Virus record (IMG/VR): IMGVR_UViG_3300032373_000007
Coordinates: 1 to 62,167 of that record
Source: a virus
Lineage: Duplodnaviria; Caudoviricetes
Direction: 5' to 3' (one strand)
DNA: 62,167 bases
The notes under the pieces are model-generated. The model saw only the letters and a program-made list of their open reading frames with translations, was not told the origin of the DNA and made no database searches. This document shows, piece after piece, positions 35,997-44,896 of this stretch. Position 1 is the stretch's first letter. Every line of letters begins with the position of its first letter. A program made the translations under genes and the position numbers.

Positions 35997-36309
35997 GACG
36001 GGGCGCCTTCGCCTCAGCTGCCGCTATCGCGCGCTCGGTGCGAATCACCTCGCTCAGGGCGTTCTGGGCGATGGTGAGTTCGACGATGTCGCGGAAGGGC
36101 ATGGTGCGGACCTGGGCGTAGCGGACCGGGTCAACCCGGCCTTCATGGATGGCGAAGCGAATCAGCCACCAGTCGACACCGGCTCGGACTCCTCGCCCGA
36201 GGATGCTGGCTCGCTGGGCAGGGCTGAGGTGCTCTCCAGGCGCGCGAGAATGCGCGTCCACATCTGCCCGAGCTTCGTGCTCTTGAGTGCTGGCGACGAA
36301 CCGAAAAAA
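35989..36309 (-). CDS. tail assembly chaperone, -1 frameshift extension (gpT-like)
   Basis: Open -1 frame from the T TTT TTC site to the TMP start. Confidence 0.7.
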   Translation of the reverse strand, partial: FFRFVASTQEHEARADVDAHSRAPGEHLSPAQRASILGRGVRAGVDWWLIRFAIHEGRVDPVRYAQVRTMPFRDIVELTIAQNALSEVIRTERAIAAAEAKAPRHG

Positions 36310-36659
36310 CCGTTGGCTTCGACCGCCCTCCATAGGACGCCGTCCGCCTCCTGGTAGTTGCCGCGGTAGGCCTTGGCGTACTCAGCAGAGAGCCCGCCGT
36401 CACGGGTCAGGGGCTTGCCGTCCCTGGTGGTGTGGGCGAGGATCTGGGAGACAAGGGCATCGTCGACGAGGTCCACCAGCCGGGCGATGGCGTCGGTCTT
36501 CCCTGCGACGAGGGAGATGCCGGCTGAGGCAGCGATGACCTTGAGGCGAGTCGCAACAGGGCGCCCCTCGCGGCCGTCGTGGAGCTCCACCACGTAGTCG
36601 TGCGGGTTCCCCTCAGCATCCTGGAGGGTGAAGCGCAGCACATCGTCCGCGCCGGACAT
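36162..36659 (-). CDS. tail assembly chaperone (gpG-like)
   Basis: Between tube and TMP; contains a slippery heptamer. Confidence 0.75.
   Translation of the reverse strand: MSGADDVLRFTLQDAEGNPHDYVVELHDGREGRPVATRLKVIAASAGISLVAGKTDAIARLVDLVDDALVSQILAHTTRDGKPLTRDGGLSAEYAKAYRGNYQEADGVLWRAVEANGFFGSSPALKSTKLGQMWTRILARLESTSALPSEPASSGEESEPVSTGG
36303..36309 (-). other. programmed -1 ribosomal frameshift site T TTT TTC
   Basis: In-frame GGT TTT TTC; a T6 run is rare in this GC-rich sequence. Confidence 0.75.
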
Positions 36660-37114
36660 CAGAGGTCACCCTGCTCGTCCACTTCCGGGTTGAGCATCAT
36701 GATCTGATACTCCATCGTCCCGAGCTTCTCGGCCATCTCGTGGGAGGGGCCGCGGATGATGACGCTGTGCCGGCAACTCCAGAGTTTGCCAGTAGAGGGG
36801 TCCTTGCAGCGCATCCCCACGGCAGGCATGGCGCCTTCGCTCCAGCCCTCCTGGGCCTTCTCCTGCTCGGCGAGGTCGCCTGCGGCCTGCGAGCCGGGCC
36901 CCATCACCAAGATGGCCAGGCGGTTCTTGTTCGAGGTCAGCGAGGCCATCGTCGACATGCCATCGCCAGTGGTCTCGACCGTGGCGCGCTCGGGGGTCAC
37001 CCGGTCGAGCTTGATGGAGATCAGGCCCTGGAGGTTGACCCTGTCTCGCGAGCACGCGACCGCGCTCTGGGAGTAGACCCGAGGGGTACTGGTCTGGATG
37101 GTCGAGGATGACAT
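36659..37114 (-). CDS. tail tube protein
   Basis: 151 aa, immediately after the sheath. Confidence 0.65.
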   Translation of the reverse strand: MSSSTIQTSTPRVYSQSAVACSRDRVNLQGLISIKLDRVTPERATVETTGDGMSTMASLTSNKNRLAILVMGPGSQAAGDLAEQEKAQEGWSEGAMPAVGMRCKDPSTGKLWSCRHSVIIRGPSHEMAEKLGTMEYQIMMLNPEVDEQGDL

Positions 37115-37130
37115 ATGCTGGCTCCCAGAC

Positions 37131-38231
37131 TCAGACGGTCAGGTTGACGGTGATGGTGGTTCCGAGCAGGGACTCCAGCTCGTAGATCTCAAACTCGACG
37201 GTGATGGTCCGCGTGGTCGCGTTGGCCGAGGATGCAGCGTCGTCGATGGTCAGGCCGGATAGCTCGGGGTTGGCAGGCTGCACTCGGGCGAAGTGCCCAG
37301 CGTCCACGCCTCGCAGCCAGACCTCGGTGATGATGCCCTTGATGACCTCGAGGCCGTCGGTGTTGACCGGAATGTAGCGGCCCTTGTTCTCCAGCGTGGT
37401 CTTGGCGTCGGCCAGGGCCTCGCGGAGCCGGACCTCGTACCAGTCCGCAGACACGATCTGCTTGAGGTGGCGGCCGGCGAGGTTCACACCGGGATCGTTG
37501 ACCTGGGTGTAGATGGTGCCCTGGGGCGCGATGACGTTGCAGTTGTTGGCGACGGCCAGCTGAATCTCTGCGGTCGTCGGGCTCGAAGCATTGGCTACCG
37601 AGCCCTGCACCGGGCCAGTCCAGGGGGCAGAGCGAACGTCGGGGCTCTCACACAGCTTCTTGGCAGCCACAGCCTCAGCGGCCGTGGTGGCGTCGGTGTC
37701 GCAGTAGACGACGGCCGTGCGCTCGTTCTGGCCGGTCGTGAGGCTTGCGTAGGCCGTGGGCTTGCCCGAAGTCAGCCAGTCGCCATCATCGTCCTGCAGG
37801 ATGGCCACGAGCTTGGTGCCGGAGCCTGCGAGAGTGTCGAGCTTGGCAGCGACTGCGGCGTTGGTGGCTGGGAGCCGGTCGCTCACACCGAAGACGTAGA
37901 AGTCGGCCTCGGCTGCGATGGCATCGTCGATGGCCGTGGCGATGGCGTCGCCGCCCGCATCGTCCCAGGGCATGACCACGACCTTCTGGGGCCGCTTGGG
38001 GGTCTGCGCGAATGCAGCGGTGACGAAGGCCAGGGCGATCGTCGAGATGTTGCCTGCAGCCTCTGCCGTGGTGGCCGTGGCTACATCGGTGAACTCGAGA
38101 AAGCCCGATGCATCGACCGTTTCATCCTTGTCGAAGAAGCCGACGTTGAAGCTCTGCGCAGTGACCGACAACGCCGCCAGATTCAGCGTGATCGCGAATC
38201 GGTAGTCGTGGCCAGCGGGAAGGATGGGCAT
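37131..38231 (-). CDS. tail sheath protein (DUF3383-like)
   Basis: AFAQTPKRPQKV...IVSADWYEVRLRE...IPVNTDGL. Confidence 0.75.
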   Translation of the reverse strand: MPILPAGHDYRFAITLNLAALSVTAQSFNVGFFDKDETVDASGFLEFTDVATATTAEAAGNISTIALAFVTAAFAQTPKRPQKVVVMPWDDAGGDAIATAIDDAIAAEADFYVFGVSDRLPATNAAVAAKLDTLAGSGTKLVAILQDDDGDWLTSGKPTAYASLTTGQNERTAVVYCDTDATTAAEAVAAKKLCESPDVRSAPWTGPVQGSVANASSPTTAEIQLAVANNCNVIAPQGTIYTQVNDPGVNLAGRHLKQIVSADWYEVRLREALADAKTTLENKGRYIPVNTDGLEVIKGIITEVWLRGVDAGHFARVQPANPELSGLTIDDAASSANATTRTITVEFEIYELESLLGTTITVNLTV

Positions 38232-38240
38232 TCGAGCCTC

Positions 38241-38843
38241 TCAGGTCATGTCGATTGTAGCGGCGATGCTGAGATCGGAGGGTGCGGACGGGTGGGTCAG
38301 CGTTCCCGAGAGCACCACCGACTCGACCGGGACCCCGGCTTCGGTTGATGTCTCCGTGCGGTATGTAGCTGTCAGGTCGGCCACCACGTGCCGCTCGAAG
38401 CCCACGTCTCGGAGCGCGGTGAGGTCGCGCATCCCTGCACCCCTGGCGGATGTTAGGCGGATGCCGCTGAGGTCCGTGGTGCCCGACGAGCCTGACCCGG
38501 TAACGTCGGCCATGGTGGTGGTGTAGGAGCTGTGGTCGAGGTGCGCGATGGCGCGCTCGAGCCAGCCCACCGCCTCGGGGCCGTAGGCATGGACTGAGAG
38601 CGAGGCCTCCTTGAAGGCCACCTGCGACTCGGTCGGCACACCGCCAGCGTCTCCGTCGGCGATCCAGGAGTCGAAGGTGCGGTCCAGGCCGATCACCTGC
38701 ACCGAGAGGTAGTCAGCGGTCGGCCTGGGGCCATTCTCGAAGGCCCGGATGATCTGGTTCACCGTCAGCGGAGTGCCTGAGATGGCGTAGGCGCGCAGGA
38801 ACTTGATCGCGGCGTACTCGAGCCAGTCGATGGTGGTGGTCAT
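38241..38843 (-). CDS. neck/tail terminator protein
   Basis: NQIIRAFENGPRP...SLSVHAYG. Confidence 0.65.
   Translation of the reverse strand: MTTTIDWLEYAAIKFLRAYAISGTPLTVNQIIRAFENGPRPTADYLSVQVIGLDRTFDSWIADGDAGGVPTESQVAFKEASLSVHAYGPEAVGWLERAIAHLDHSSYTTTMADVTGSGSSGTTDLSGIRLTSARGAGMRDLTALRDVGFERHVVADLTATYRTETSTEAGVPVESVVLSGTLTHPSAPSDLSIAATIDMT
38362..38371 (-). promoter_or_regulatory. possible internal late promoter CAGCTACATA for the sheath
   Basis: Motif copy about 130 bp upstream of the sheath start, inside a coding region. Confidence 0.45.
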
Positions 38844-39193
38844 GGTCCAGCCACCTCGGGCACAGCAACCAGCAGGGTCTTGTAGTGCGCGATGATGGAG
38901 CGCTGCCGGTCCACGTCGAGCACCATGCAGACCCGGCCGTCGATGGTCACGCGGTCGGCCTCCAGGACCCCGTCGACGTCGGCAACGCGCAGGGCGTCCG
39001 CGCCATAGGCCTTGTACGCTCGGCGAGCTCGGAGGCCCTCGGGGAGCTGCTGCAGTTCCTCCCCGCTCATGGGCTGTACCGTCAGGTAGATGGTCGAGGT
39101 GGCGCTGGAGCCCGAGGACCACTCGCCGTCAGCGTTGCGAGACCCTCCGCTGTAGCGGGTGAGGGTGTAGGGGGCGCGGCCGAGGATGCTCAC
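38840..39193 (-). CDS. head closure/head-tail adaptor
   Basis: VQPMSGEELQQLPEGLR...ADRVTIDG. Confidence 0.75.
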   Translation of the reverse strand: MSILGRAPYTLTRYSGGSRNADGEWSSGSSATSTIYLTVQPMSGEELQQLPEGLRARRAYKAYGADALRVADVDGVLEADRVTIDGRVCMVLDVDRQRSIIAHYKTLLVAVPEVAGP

Positions 39194-39675
39194 GAGACAC
39201 CTGACCCAGGGTTGCGGCCGTCGGTGCGGACCTCGTGGGAGATGCTGTTCACCATCCGGCCGCTGTCGATGAGGGGGTTGGCCGATCCCTTCATCGCGAT
39301 CGTGGCAGGAGCGTTGGGCGGGTCGTCGAGCTCTACGATCGCCCGCTTCACGTCCGCAGCCACCACCATGCCCACGCGGTCAAGAGCGTCCACAGGGTCC
39401 TCGCCGTCAAGCATCTGCACGCCTGCGCGCTGCAGGAACTTCTTGTAGCGCTCCTCATTGCCATCGACCGTCGACCGCAGGAACGACCGCTCAGGCACAC
39501 CCAGCCCGAACTCGTTGTACGTGGCGTAGTCAGCCACCCGAGCCTCTCCACCCTCGGCCCTGGTGTCGCCGTCGTCCTCACGGATGCCCACGGCCACCTG
39601 GAGCGAGGGAAGCTCCTCCCACTGCTTGAGCAGCCGGGCGAGGATCCCATGGTCCCGATCGGTGAGGGAGGGCAT
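39190..39675 (-). CDS. neck/tail-completion protein
   Basis: NEFG...PERSFLRST...PPNAPATIAMKGSANPLIDSGRM. Confidence 0.8.
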   Translation of the reverse strand: MPSLTDRDHGILARLLKQWEELPSLQVAVGIREDDGDTRAEGGEARVADYATYNEFGLGVPERSFLRSTVDGNEERYKKFLQRAGVQMLDGEDPVDALDRVGMVVAADVKRAIVELDDPPNAPATIAMKGSANPLIDSGRMVNSISHEVRTDGRNPGSGVS

Positions 39676-39703
39676 CAGGCCCCCCAGGTGGCGCCCAGGG
39701 GGC

Positions 39704-40105
39704 TCACGTGATGACCCCGAAGCCGACATGCCCACGGGAGCGCCGCAGCGCCAGGAAGGCCAGGCCGTGCCGGGTCTGGGAGTAGACGGCCTCGTCGAAG
39801 TCACCAGACCCCGAGACGCCCACGACCCCGCCGTAGGTCAGGGCCACGTCTCCAGCGCGCTTGCTGGTGATGGGGCCGATGCCAGAGCCAGAGCCCGCAC
39901 CGCCAGCCATCTCGGCAGCTGCGCGGGCCTGGAGCTCCAGTTCATGCGCCACAAGCAGGGCCACCGCCTGGACGGCCTGGGCGCCCCACTTGGCAGCGGT
40001 GATCTGCGTCTCGTAGATGGCCACGAGCGCGTCCACGTCCGCATCGACGGTCGTGGCGAACTCGGGCGCGATGAGGCGCAGCCGCGTTGTGGCGGCCGTC
40101 GCCAT
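39704..40105 (-). CDS. head-tail connector (DUF4054-like)
   Basis: PEF...LLVAHEL...ITSKRAGDVALTY...SQTRHG. Confidence 0.8.
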   Translation of the reverse strand: MATAATTRLRLIAPEFATTVDADVDALVAIYETQITAAKWGAQAVQAVALLVAHELELQARAAAEMAGGAGSGSGIGPITSKRAGDVALTYGGVVGVSGSGDFDEAVYSQTRHGLAFLALRRSRGHVGFGVIT

Positions 40106-40106
40106 C

Positions 40107-40355
40107 TCAGGCGGCCTGGCTGAACATGCGCAGGGTGCCCTTCTCGATGAGCTTGGCCATCCGGGGCTCTTCCTTCATGGCCTTGGCCTGGGCAGCTGTC
40201 AGGACCACCTTGTCGGGCAGGTGTCCGCCCTCCACCGCCGTCGGGTGAGTGCCCGGGAAGCCGAGCCGGATGGGCTCCACGCCCTTCGTCTCGAAGTTCA
40301 GCGTGATCCGCTGGTTGCGCTTGTTCTCGAGGATGGTCTTTGTTCCGCGCGTCAT
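40107..40355 (-). CDS. small protein downstream of the capsid gene
   Basis: RBS and position. Confidence 0.6.
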   Translation of the reverse strand: MTRGTKTILENKRNQRITLNFETKGVEPIRLGFPGTHPTAVEGGHLPDKVVLTAAQAKAMKEEPRMAKLIEKGTLRMFSQAA

Positions 40356-40388
40356 TGGCGCACCCCTTTGGTCAAGTCCCGGATAGTG

Positions 40389-40427
40389 AAAGGGACCCCG
40401 CCGGCCCGGGACTGCCGCCGACGGGGT
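40389..40427 (-). terminator. hairpin after the capsid gene (weak terminator or stabiliser)
   Basis: ACCCCGTCGGC...GCCGGCGGGGT followed by CCCTTT. Confidence 0.4.
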
Positions 40428-40445
40428 GGAATCAAACAGGCCTGA

Positions 40446-41570
40446 TCAGGCTACCGGGAACAGCACGAGGTAGCAGTTGCCGACCTCGGGGATGTTGCAG
40501 CCACCGAATCCAGCGACCATGTAGACCTCGCTGTGGAGACCCATGTTCACCGGGGGGATCAGGGTGGGCGGCAGGGAAGTCATGATGCGGACACCCTCCC
40601 GGCCCTGTCGGTAGAACAGCACGCCAGACTCGCCGGAGTCGCCCACACCCTTGAGCTCGCGGGCCACAGTCCACTTGGTGATCTGCGGGTTGGCCTTCTT
40701 GATGTACTCGAAGAGGGTGTCCGAGCCGTCGCCGATGCGCTTGCTGGTCCAGATCCGCATGATGTCGGGTGACACCTGGGCAGCGTTGCTCTCGAAGACG
40801 GTGTCCGAGTTGACGTAGGCGTAGCTGGAGGCCTCGGAGATGGCCTCGGCCATGTCGTCGGCATCCGTGGCCCGAGACATGGTCTGAGCGCTGACAGCCC
40901 GGTCGAGGAACTGGTGGTTCAGTACGCCGTCCAGGTCCAGGCTCTCGACACCCGAGTAGCCGTCATCGTTGATGCGCCGCTCCAAGATCTGGCGCATGGC
41001 CCGGACCTTCTCACCCAGCTCATCGACGCCCATGTAGTTCATGGACATCTGGCTGAAGAAGTCGACGCTGGCCTTGGTGACCAGGTAGCGCATGGGCTTG
41101 ATCAGGTCGGTCTGGCCGAGCTGCACCTCAGTCACGCCAGTGGTGCGACCGGAGCGGGTGTACTGCGCCTCACCGGTGTAGTTCCGGCGGGTCTGCTTGT
41201 AGAACAGGGCGCCGGCCTGCACCGAGGTGTCCAGGAAGAAGTCCCGGCGAAGAGACATCGGGGGCAGGGGCTCCCGGAGGATCTCGGGCAGACGCTGGGT
41301 CAGGTCCTGGTTGCCAGCGGCGCCCAGGGTGGCGTCGAAGGCATCTGCGCGCTGGTTGGTGACCGAGCACCATGCCTGCCGCAGGCGGGGCTTGAGCTGA
41401 CCGAGAGCCCAGGACTGGACGTCCACGAACTCGGAGGTGGAGCCATCGGCCCGGGTCATGGTGTGGCGGGGCGCGTTCATCGCAGCCATCGCGATCTGGG
41501 CCTGGAGCTGGCCTGGATCATCGATGGGCTGAGAGCGCCCGTGCTTGTCGACGAGGATGAAGTTGCTCAT
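40446..41570 (-). CDS. major capsid protein (DUF2184/HK97 fold)
   Basis: 374 aa; GYSG...LDGVLNH; C-terminal AGFGGCNI; position after the decoration gene. Confidence 0.85.
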   Translation of the reverse strand: MSNFILVDKHGRSQPIDDPGQLQAQIAMAAMNAPRHTMTRADGSTSEFVDVQSWALGQLKPRLRQAWCSVTNQRADAFDATLGAAGNQDLTQRLPEILREPLPPMSLRRDFFLDTSVQAGALFYKQTRRNYTGEAQYTRSGRTTGVTEVQLGQTDLIKPMRYLVTKASVDFFSQMSMNYMGVDELGEKVRAMRQILERRINDDGYSGVESLDLDGVLNHQFLDRAVSAQTMSRATDADDMAEAISEASSYAYVNSDTVFESNAAQVSPDIMRIWTSKRIGDGSDTLFEYIKKANPQITKWTVARELKGVGDSGESGVLFYRQGREGVRIMTSLPPTLIPPVNMGLHSEVYMVAGFGGCNIPEVGNCYLVLFPVA

Positions 41571-41572
41571 GA

Positions 41573-42757
41573 TCAGAGCCCCTTGATGCGCAGCTGCGCG
41601 ATGGAGTTGGCGGAGTCCACGCGGCCGGTCCATTCCATGATGGACTTGGGCAGCCACACGTAGTCGGTGCCCACGTCGTTGTAGAACTGGCCCTTGGTGG
41701 CGGTCGCGAGGGAGACCCAGACGTTGCTGTGGGCCGTGGGGCTCTGAGCGCTGCTCACCCAGCCGAAGCCGCGTGCGCCGCCCTCCACCATGCGGCCGGA
41801 GCCGTAGGCGGGATCGTCGTTGCCGAGGTTCTGGTCCTCGATGTCGTGGCGCCGCTTGGACATGCCGCGCAGCTTGGCCCGGAGGCTCGAGGTGGGGTCA
41901 TCGGGGGCGCCGGTCGTGTAGACCTTGGCCACCGTGCCGCCGCCGGAGCCGTTGACCGTGGTCGCGACATCGAACTCCTCACCCGGGTTCTCCAAGGTGT
42001 GGGTGATGTCGTTGGTGGCAACCGCTGCGACGATGCCGGTGCCGGCCCCGAAGGATGCGTTGTAGAGCGTCTCCAGGTTGGCAGCGTGGTTCGCCAGGGT
42101 GGTCGCCTGGTTGGTGTCGAACGGGGTGTCAACCGTGAACACCTGGCCTCGGAAGCTGATCGTGCTGCTCAGGCTGTCGGTGGCGGCCAGGGAGGCATAG
42201 GTCTCCGTGATGACCTGGGCGGAGAAGTCCGCAGCCACCGGCACCTTGAAGGCCTCGCGACCAGAGGCGTCGATGCCCGTGGTGATGAGGGCCCGGCCGA
42301 ACTCGATGGGGGTGGCCGCGCTTGCAGAGGTCTGCTCGGCGGGGGTGCCCAGGTCGTTCGTGGTGTCGGCGCTGTTGACCGTGAAGCCAGCCACCGGGTA
42401 GGTGGTGTTGTGCCGGCGTGCGGTCAGGTCGAGGTTGCCACCAGCGTAGGCCACGTCGAAGGCGCCGAAGCTGCCCACCGTGGGGATCTCAGCGAGGAGC
42501 AGCGCACCGAGCTCGGCCTGGGTAGCCGAAGCGTCGGTGGTGACGCTCGCGGTCTGGCCGCCGTAGCTCACCGAGTAGACGGTGGAGTTGTCCACCGTGC
42601 CGGGCACCGTGATGCGGATGACCTGCTTGGCCTGCCCGTCGGTGTTGATGCCCTCGAAGATGGCGTCGTCGCCGATCGCCTCGAAGGTGCCCAGGAAGGC
42701 GATGGCCTGCTTGGACTGGACGTTGCCAGCCCCGTAGAAGAATGCTCCGGCGCTCAC
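41573..42757 (-). CDS. head decoration/cement-like protein with inserted domains
   Basis: Between protease and MCP; IEFGRAL...GFGWV. Confidence 0.65.
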   Translation of the reverse strand: MSAGAFFYGAGNVQSKQAIAFLGTFEAIGDDAIFEGINTDGQAKQVIRITVPGTVDNSTVYSVSYGGQTASVTTDASATQAELGALLLAEIPTVGSFGAFDVAYAGGNLDLTARRHNTTYPVAGFTVNSADTTNDLGTPAEQTSASAATPIEFGRALITTGIDASGREAFKVPVAADFSAQVITETYASLAATDSLSSTISFRGQVFTVDTPFDTNQATTLANHAANLETLYNASFGAGTGIVAAVATNDITHTLENPGEEFDVATTVNGSGGGTVAKVYTTGAPDDPTSSLRAKLRGMSKRRHDIEDQNLGNDDPAYGSGRMVEGGARGFGWVSSAQSPTAHSNVWVSLATATKGQFYNDVGTDYVWLPKSIMEWTGRVDSANSIAQLRIKGL

Positions 42758-44007
42758 GAGGCACCTCCAGAGGTGTTGAACTTGTCGCCCTCACGGGCCC
42801 AAGGGTTGATGGGGGCGGGAACCTCGCCGCCGCCGCGCTCAGAGTCGCGGCGCTTCAGCGTGTAGAGGTTGCTGTTGTCGTCGTCGACGCGGGCAGCCTC
42901 GGCGCCCTTGGCGGCTTCGGCCATGGCCTCGGCAGCGCGGACACCGGCGGAGATGAAGGCGTCGCCACCCTCGATCACCTTGGCGGAGTCCATGCGCAGG
43001 GCATGGGCAGCCAGGGCGACCTTCTTGGTCTCGAGGTCAGCGCCATCGGCAGCGTCGAGCTTGAGCGTGTCCAGGATGCCATCGAGGCGGGTGGCCTCGG
43101 CAGCGTCCACGCGCGCCTGCTCGGCGAGGTCTGCGGCGTCGGCCTTGGACTTGAGGGCCTTCATGTCGGCCTTGAGCTTCGCGAGCTCCTCGTCCTTGGT
43201 GGCCATGTCCTCGTCGTACTTGGCCTTGGGGATCATCTCGCCCTTGCCCTCTTCGGCGTCGGCCCGGTCCTTGACGATACCGAGACCGTCGGCGAGTGCC
43301 TGGTCCTCGTCGTCGAGACGGGTCACGCCGAGAAGGGTGAGCAGGGAAACCAGGGATGGCTTCATCTGTGTACTCCTCTCGGAGGCAGGGTTTCCCCTGC
43401 CGGTGGTGATGCCCGCGCCAGAAACGAGAACGTCGCCGGAGTCAAGGCGGAATCGAACAGTCGAGCCCCCGCGGGCCTTGTCCACGATGGCCAGGTGGTT
43501 GACCCTCTCGCGGCCGACCTGGCTGGCGTCGTAGCGGCCGAAGCGCTCATCAACGCCGGGGGTCATGTCGAGCTTGACCTGGTAGGCCGGGCTCAGCTCT
43601 GCCTTGCCGCCCTTGGCTGCGTCGAGTGCATCCCGGCGGCGCAGGGTGAACTTGACCCGGGCATAGGCGCCCTGGGCGTCCTCGACCACCTCAGCCTCGC
43701 CATCGACATCGCCGACGGCCAGATCCCCGAAGTTGTCCGGGTTGACGAGCAGGGGGCTGCCGTCCTTGCGGGTCGGGTGGTTGTTCACCATCGCGGCCCG
43801 AGCCACCAGAGCGGCCGTGTCGATGACGGCCTGCTTGGTCACCAGTTCCCGCCACTCCGTTCCATCAGCGCGACGGTAGGACAGGATCCCCTCTCGCGCT
43901 GCGACGCCGTGGTAGTGGACTGCTCCGTCCCCATCGCGTGGGTAGGGCTTGGAGAGTTCGTAGCCCGCGAAGTCGATCCGCTGGGCGCCGGTAGGGTCAA
44001 GGGCCAT
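42754..44007 (-). CDS. prohead protease/scaffold (DUF2213)
   Basis: AAREGILSY, NNHP, ELSPAY, NHLAIVDKARGG, RLDS; coiled-coil scaffold C-terminus. Confidence 0.9.
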   Translation of the reverse strand: MALDPTGAQRIDFAGYELSKPYPRDGDGAVHYHGVAAREGILSYRRADGTEWRELVTKQAVIDTAALVARAAMVNNHPTRKDGSPLLVNPDNFGDLAVGDVDGEAEVVEDAQGAYARVKFTLRRRDALDAAKGGKAELSPAYQVKLDMTPGVDERFGRYDASQVGRERVNHLAIVDKARGGSTVRFRLDSGDVLVSGAGITTGRGNPASERSTQMKPSLVSLLTLLGVTRLDDEDQALADGLGIVKDRADAEEGKGEMIPKAKYDEDMATKDEELAKLKADMKALKSKADAADLAEQARVDAAEATRLDGILDTLKLDAADGADLETKKVALAAHALRMDSAKVIEGGDAFISAGVRAAEAMAEAAKGAEAARVDDDNSNLYTLKRRDSERGGGEVPAPINPWAREGDKFNTSGGAS

Positions 44008-44014
44008 CGCACGC

Positions 44015-44026
44015 TATGTAGCTGCC
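44015..44026 (-). promoter_or_regulatory. putative late promoter GGCAGCTACATA (leaderless)
   Basis: 7 nt before the protease ATG, no SD sequence. Confidence 0.75.
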
Positions 44027-44062
44027 GCTGTGGGCACGGATCGCGACCGCTGCCCTACGCGC

Positions 44063-44314
44063 TCACTCGGTAGGGTGGGGCGGGACCTCGATCCCTCGAA
44101 CGCCGACCAGCGCCCGGATGACCGCCACAGCCTCGCGCCGGCTGGTGACGGGAACCAGGAGGGGCCCTTGCGGCACCCCGCTGTCCGGGCTCCAGCCGTA
44201 GATCCGCACATCGTCGGTCGGCGTGTCCATAAAGTCGGCCACGTCGAACTGGAGGCCGCCCACGCGAACCTTCAGCCAATCATCGTCCCAGAAGCACTCG
44301 ACGGGCGCCGTCAC
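44063..44314 (-). CDS. moron hypothetical protein
   Basis: GTG overlaps the stop at 44311. Confidence 0.5.
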   Translation of the reverse strand: MTAPVECFWDDDWLKVRVGGLQFDVADFMDTPTDDVRIYGWSPDSGVPQGPLLVPVTSRREAVAVIRALVGVRGIEVPPHPTE

Positions 44315-44529
44315 CGCCTCCACACCGAGTGCTTCGCAGTGTCGCGCCTGATGCTCTCGTCGCACGCGGCCACGATGATGTCGGTAGTGTGCTGATGGGC
44401 GTCGGTGCAGAGTTTCACCAATGCCTCGGGGGCGCCGTCAGCGCTCATGAGGCGGGCAGCCTGCTCAAAGGAAGAGCGGGCTGCCCGAAGATGATCGGTG
44501 GCGAGCTGAATTCGGGTCAGGGTAGGCAT
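44311..44529 (-). CDS. moron hypothetical protein
   Basis: TGATG overlap. Confidence 0.5.
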   Translation of the reverse strand: MPTLTRIQLATDHLRAARSSFEQAARLMSADGAPEALVKLCTDAHQHTTDIIVAACDESIRRDTAKHSVWRR

Positions 44530-44834
44530 CAGGCCACGGCCCTCTCGGGCGCGGCGCAGGATGCGTCGATGACGGCCTGGCCGAGTTCGGTCAGGCGGGC
44601 GAGGCTGCGGTGCTTCCAGGTGACGATGAGCTTGGCGCCCCCCATGCCAGCGACGAGGCCGACCACGCGGAGGTAGTCGACACCGAGATCAGCAGCAACG
44701 CGCGTGGCGCAGCGGGCCACGCTGGCACCCGTGCCGTAGCCGCGGGGGGCAGTGACGAGGCGCTCCGGGTTCTGGTATGCGCGGGCGATCTCCTGAAGGA
44801 GGGCTGCGCGGATCTGGTTGTTGGTGATGGTCAT
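44529..44834 (-). CDS. moron hypothetical protein (winged-helix-like)
   Basis: First gene after P8; ends RLTELG. Confidence 0.6.
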   Translation of the reverse strand: MTITNNQIRAALLQEIARAYQNPERLVTAPRGYGTGASVARCATRVAADLGVDYLRVVGLVAGMGGAKLIVTWKHRSLARLTELGQAVIDASCAAPERAVA

Positions 44835-44860
44835 GGTCGGTGCTCCCTGCTGACACTCTA

Positions 44861-44889
44861 TGTATAGGCCACAGTGGCTATAGTGTCAA
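44861..44889 (-). promoter_or_regulatory. sigma70-like promoter with operator (P8)
   Basis: TTGACA-17 nt-TATACA; operator GCCACAGTGGC. Confidence 0.88.
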
Positions 44890-44896
44890 GCGGATA

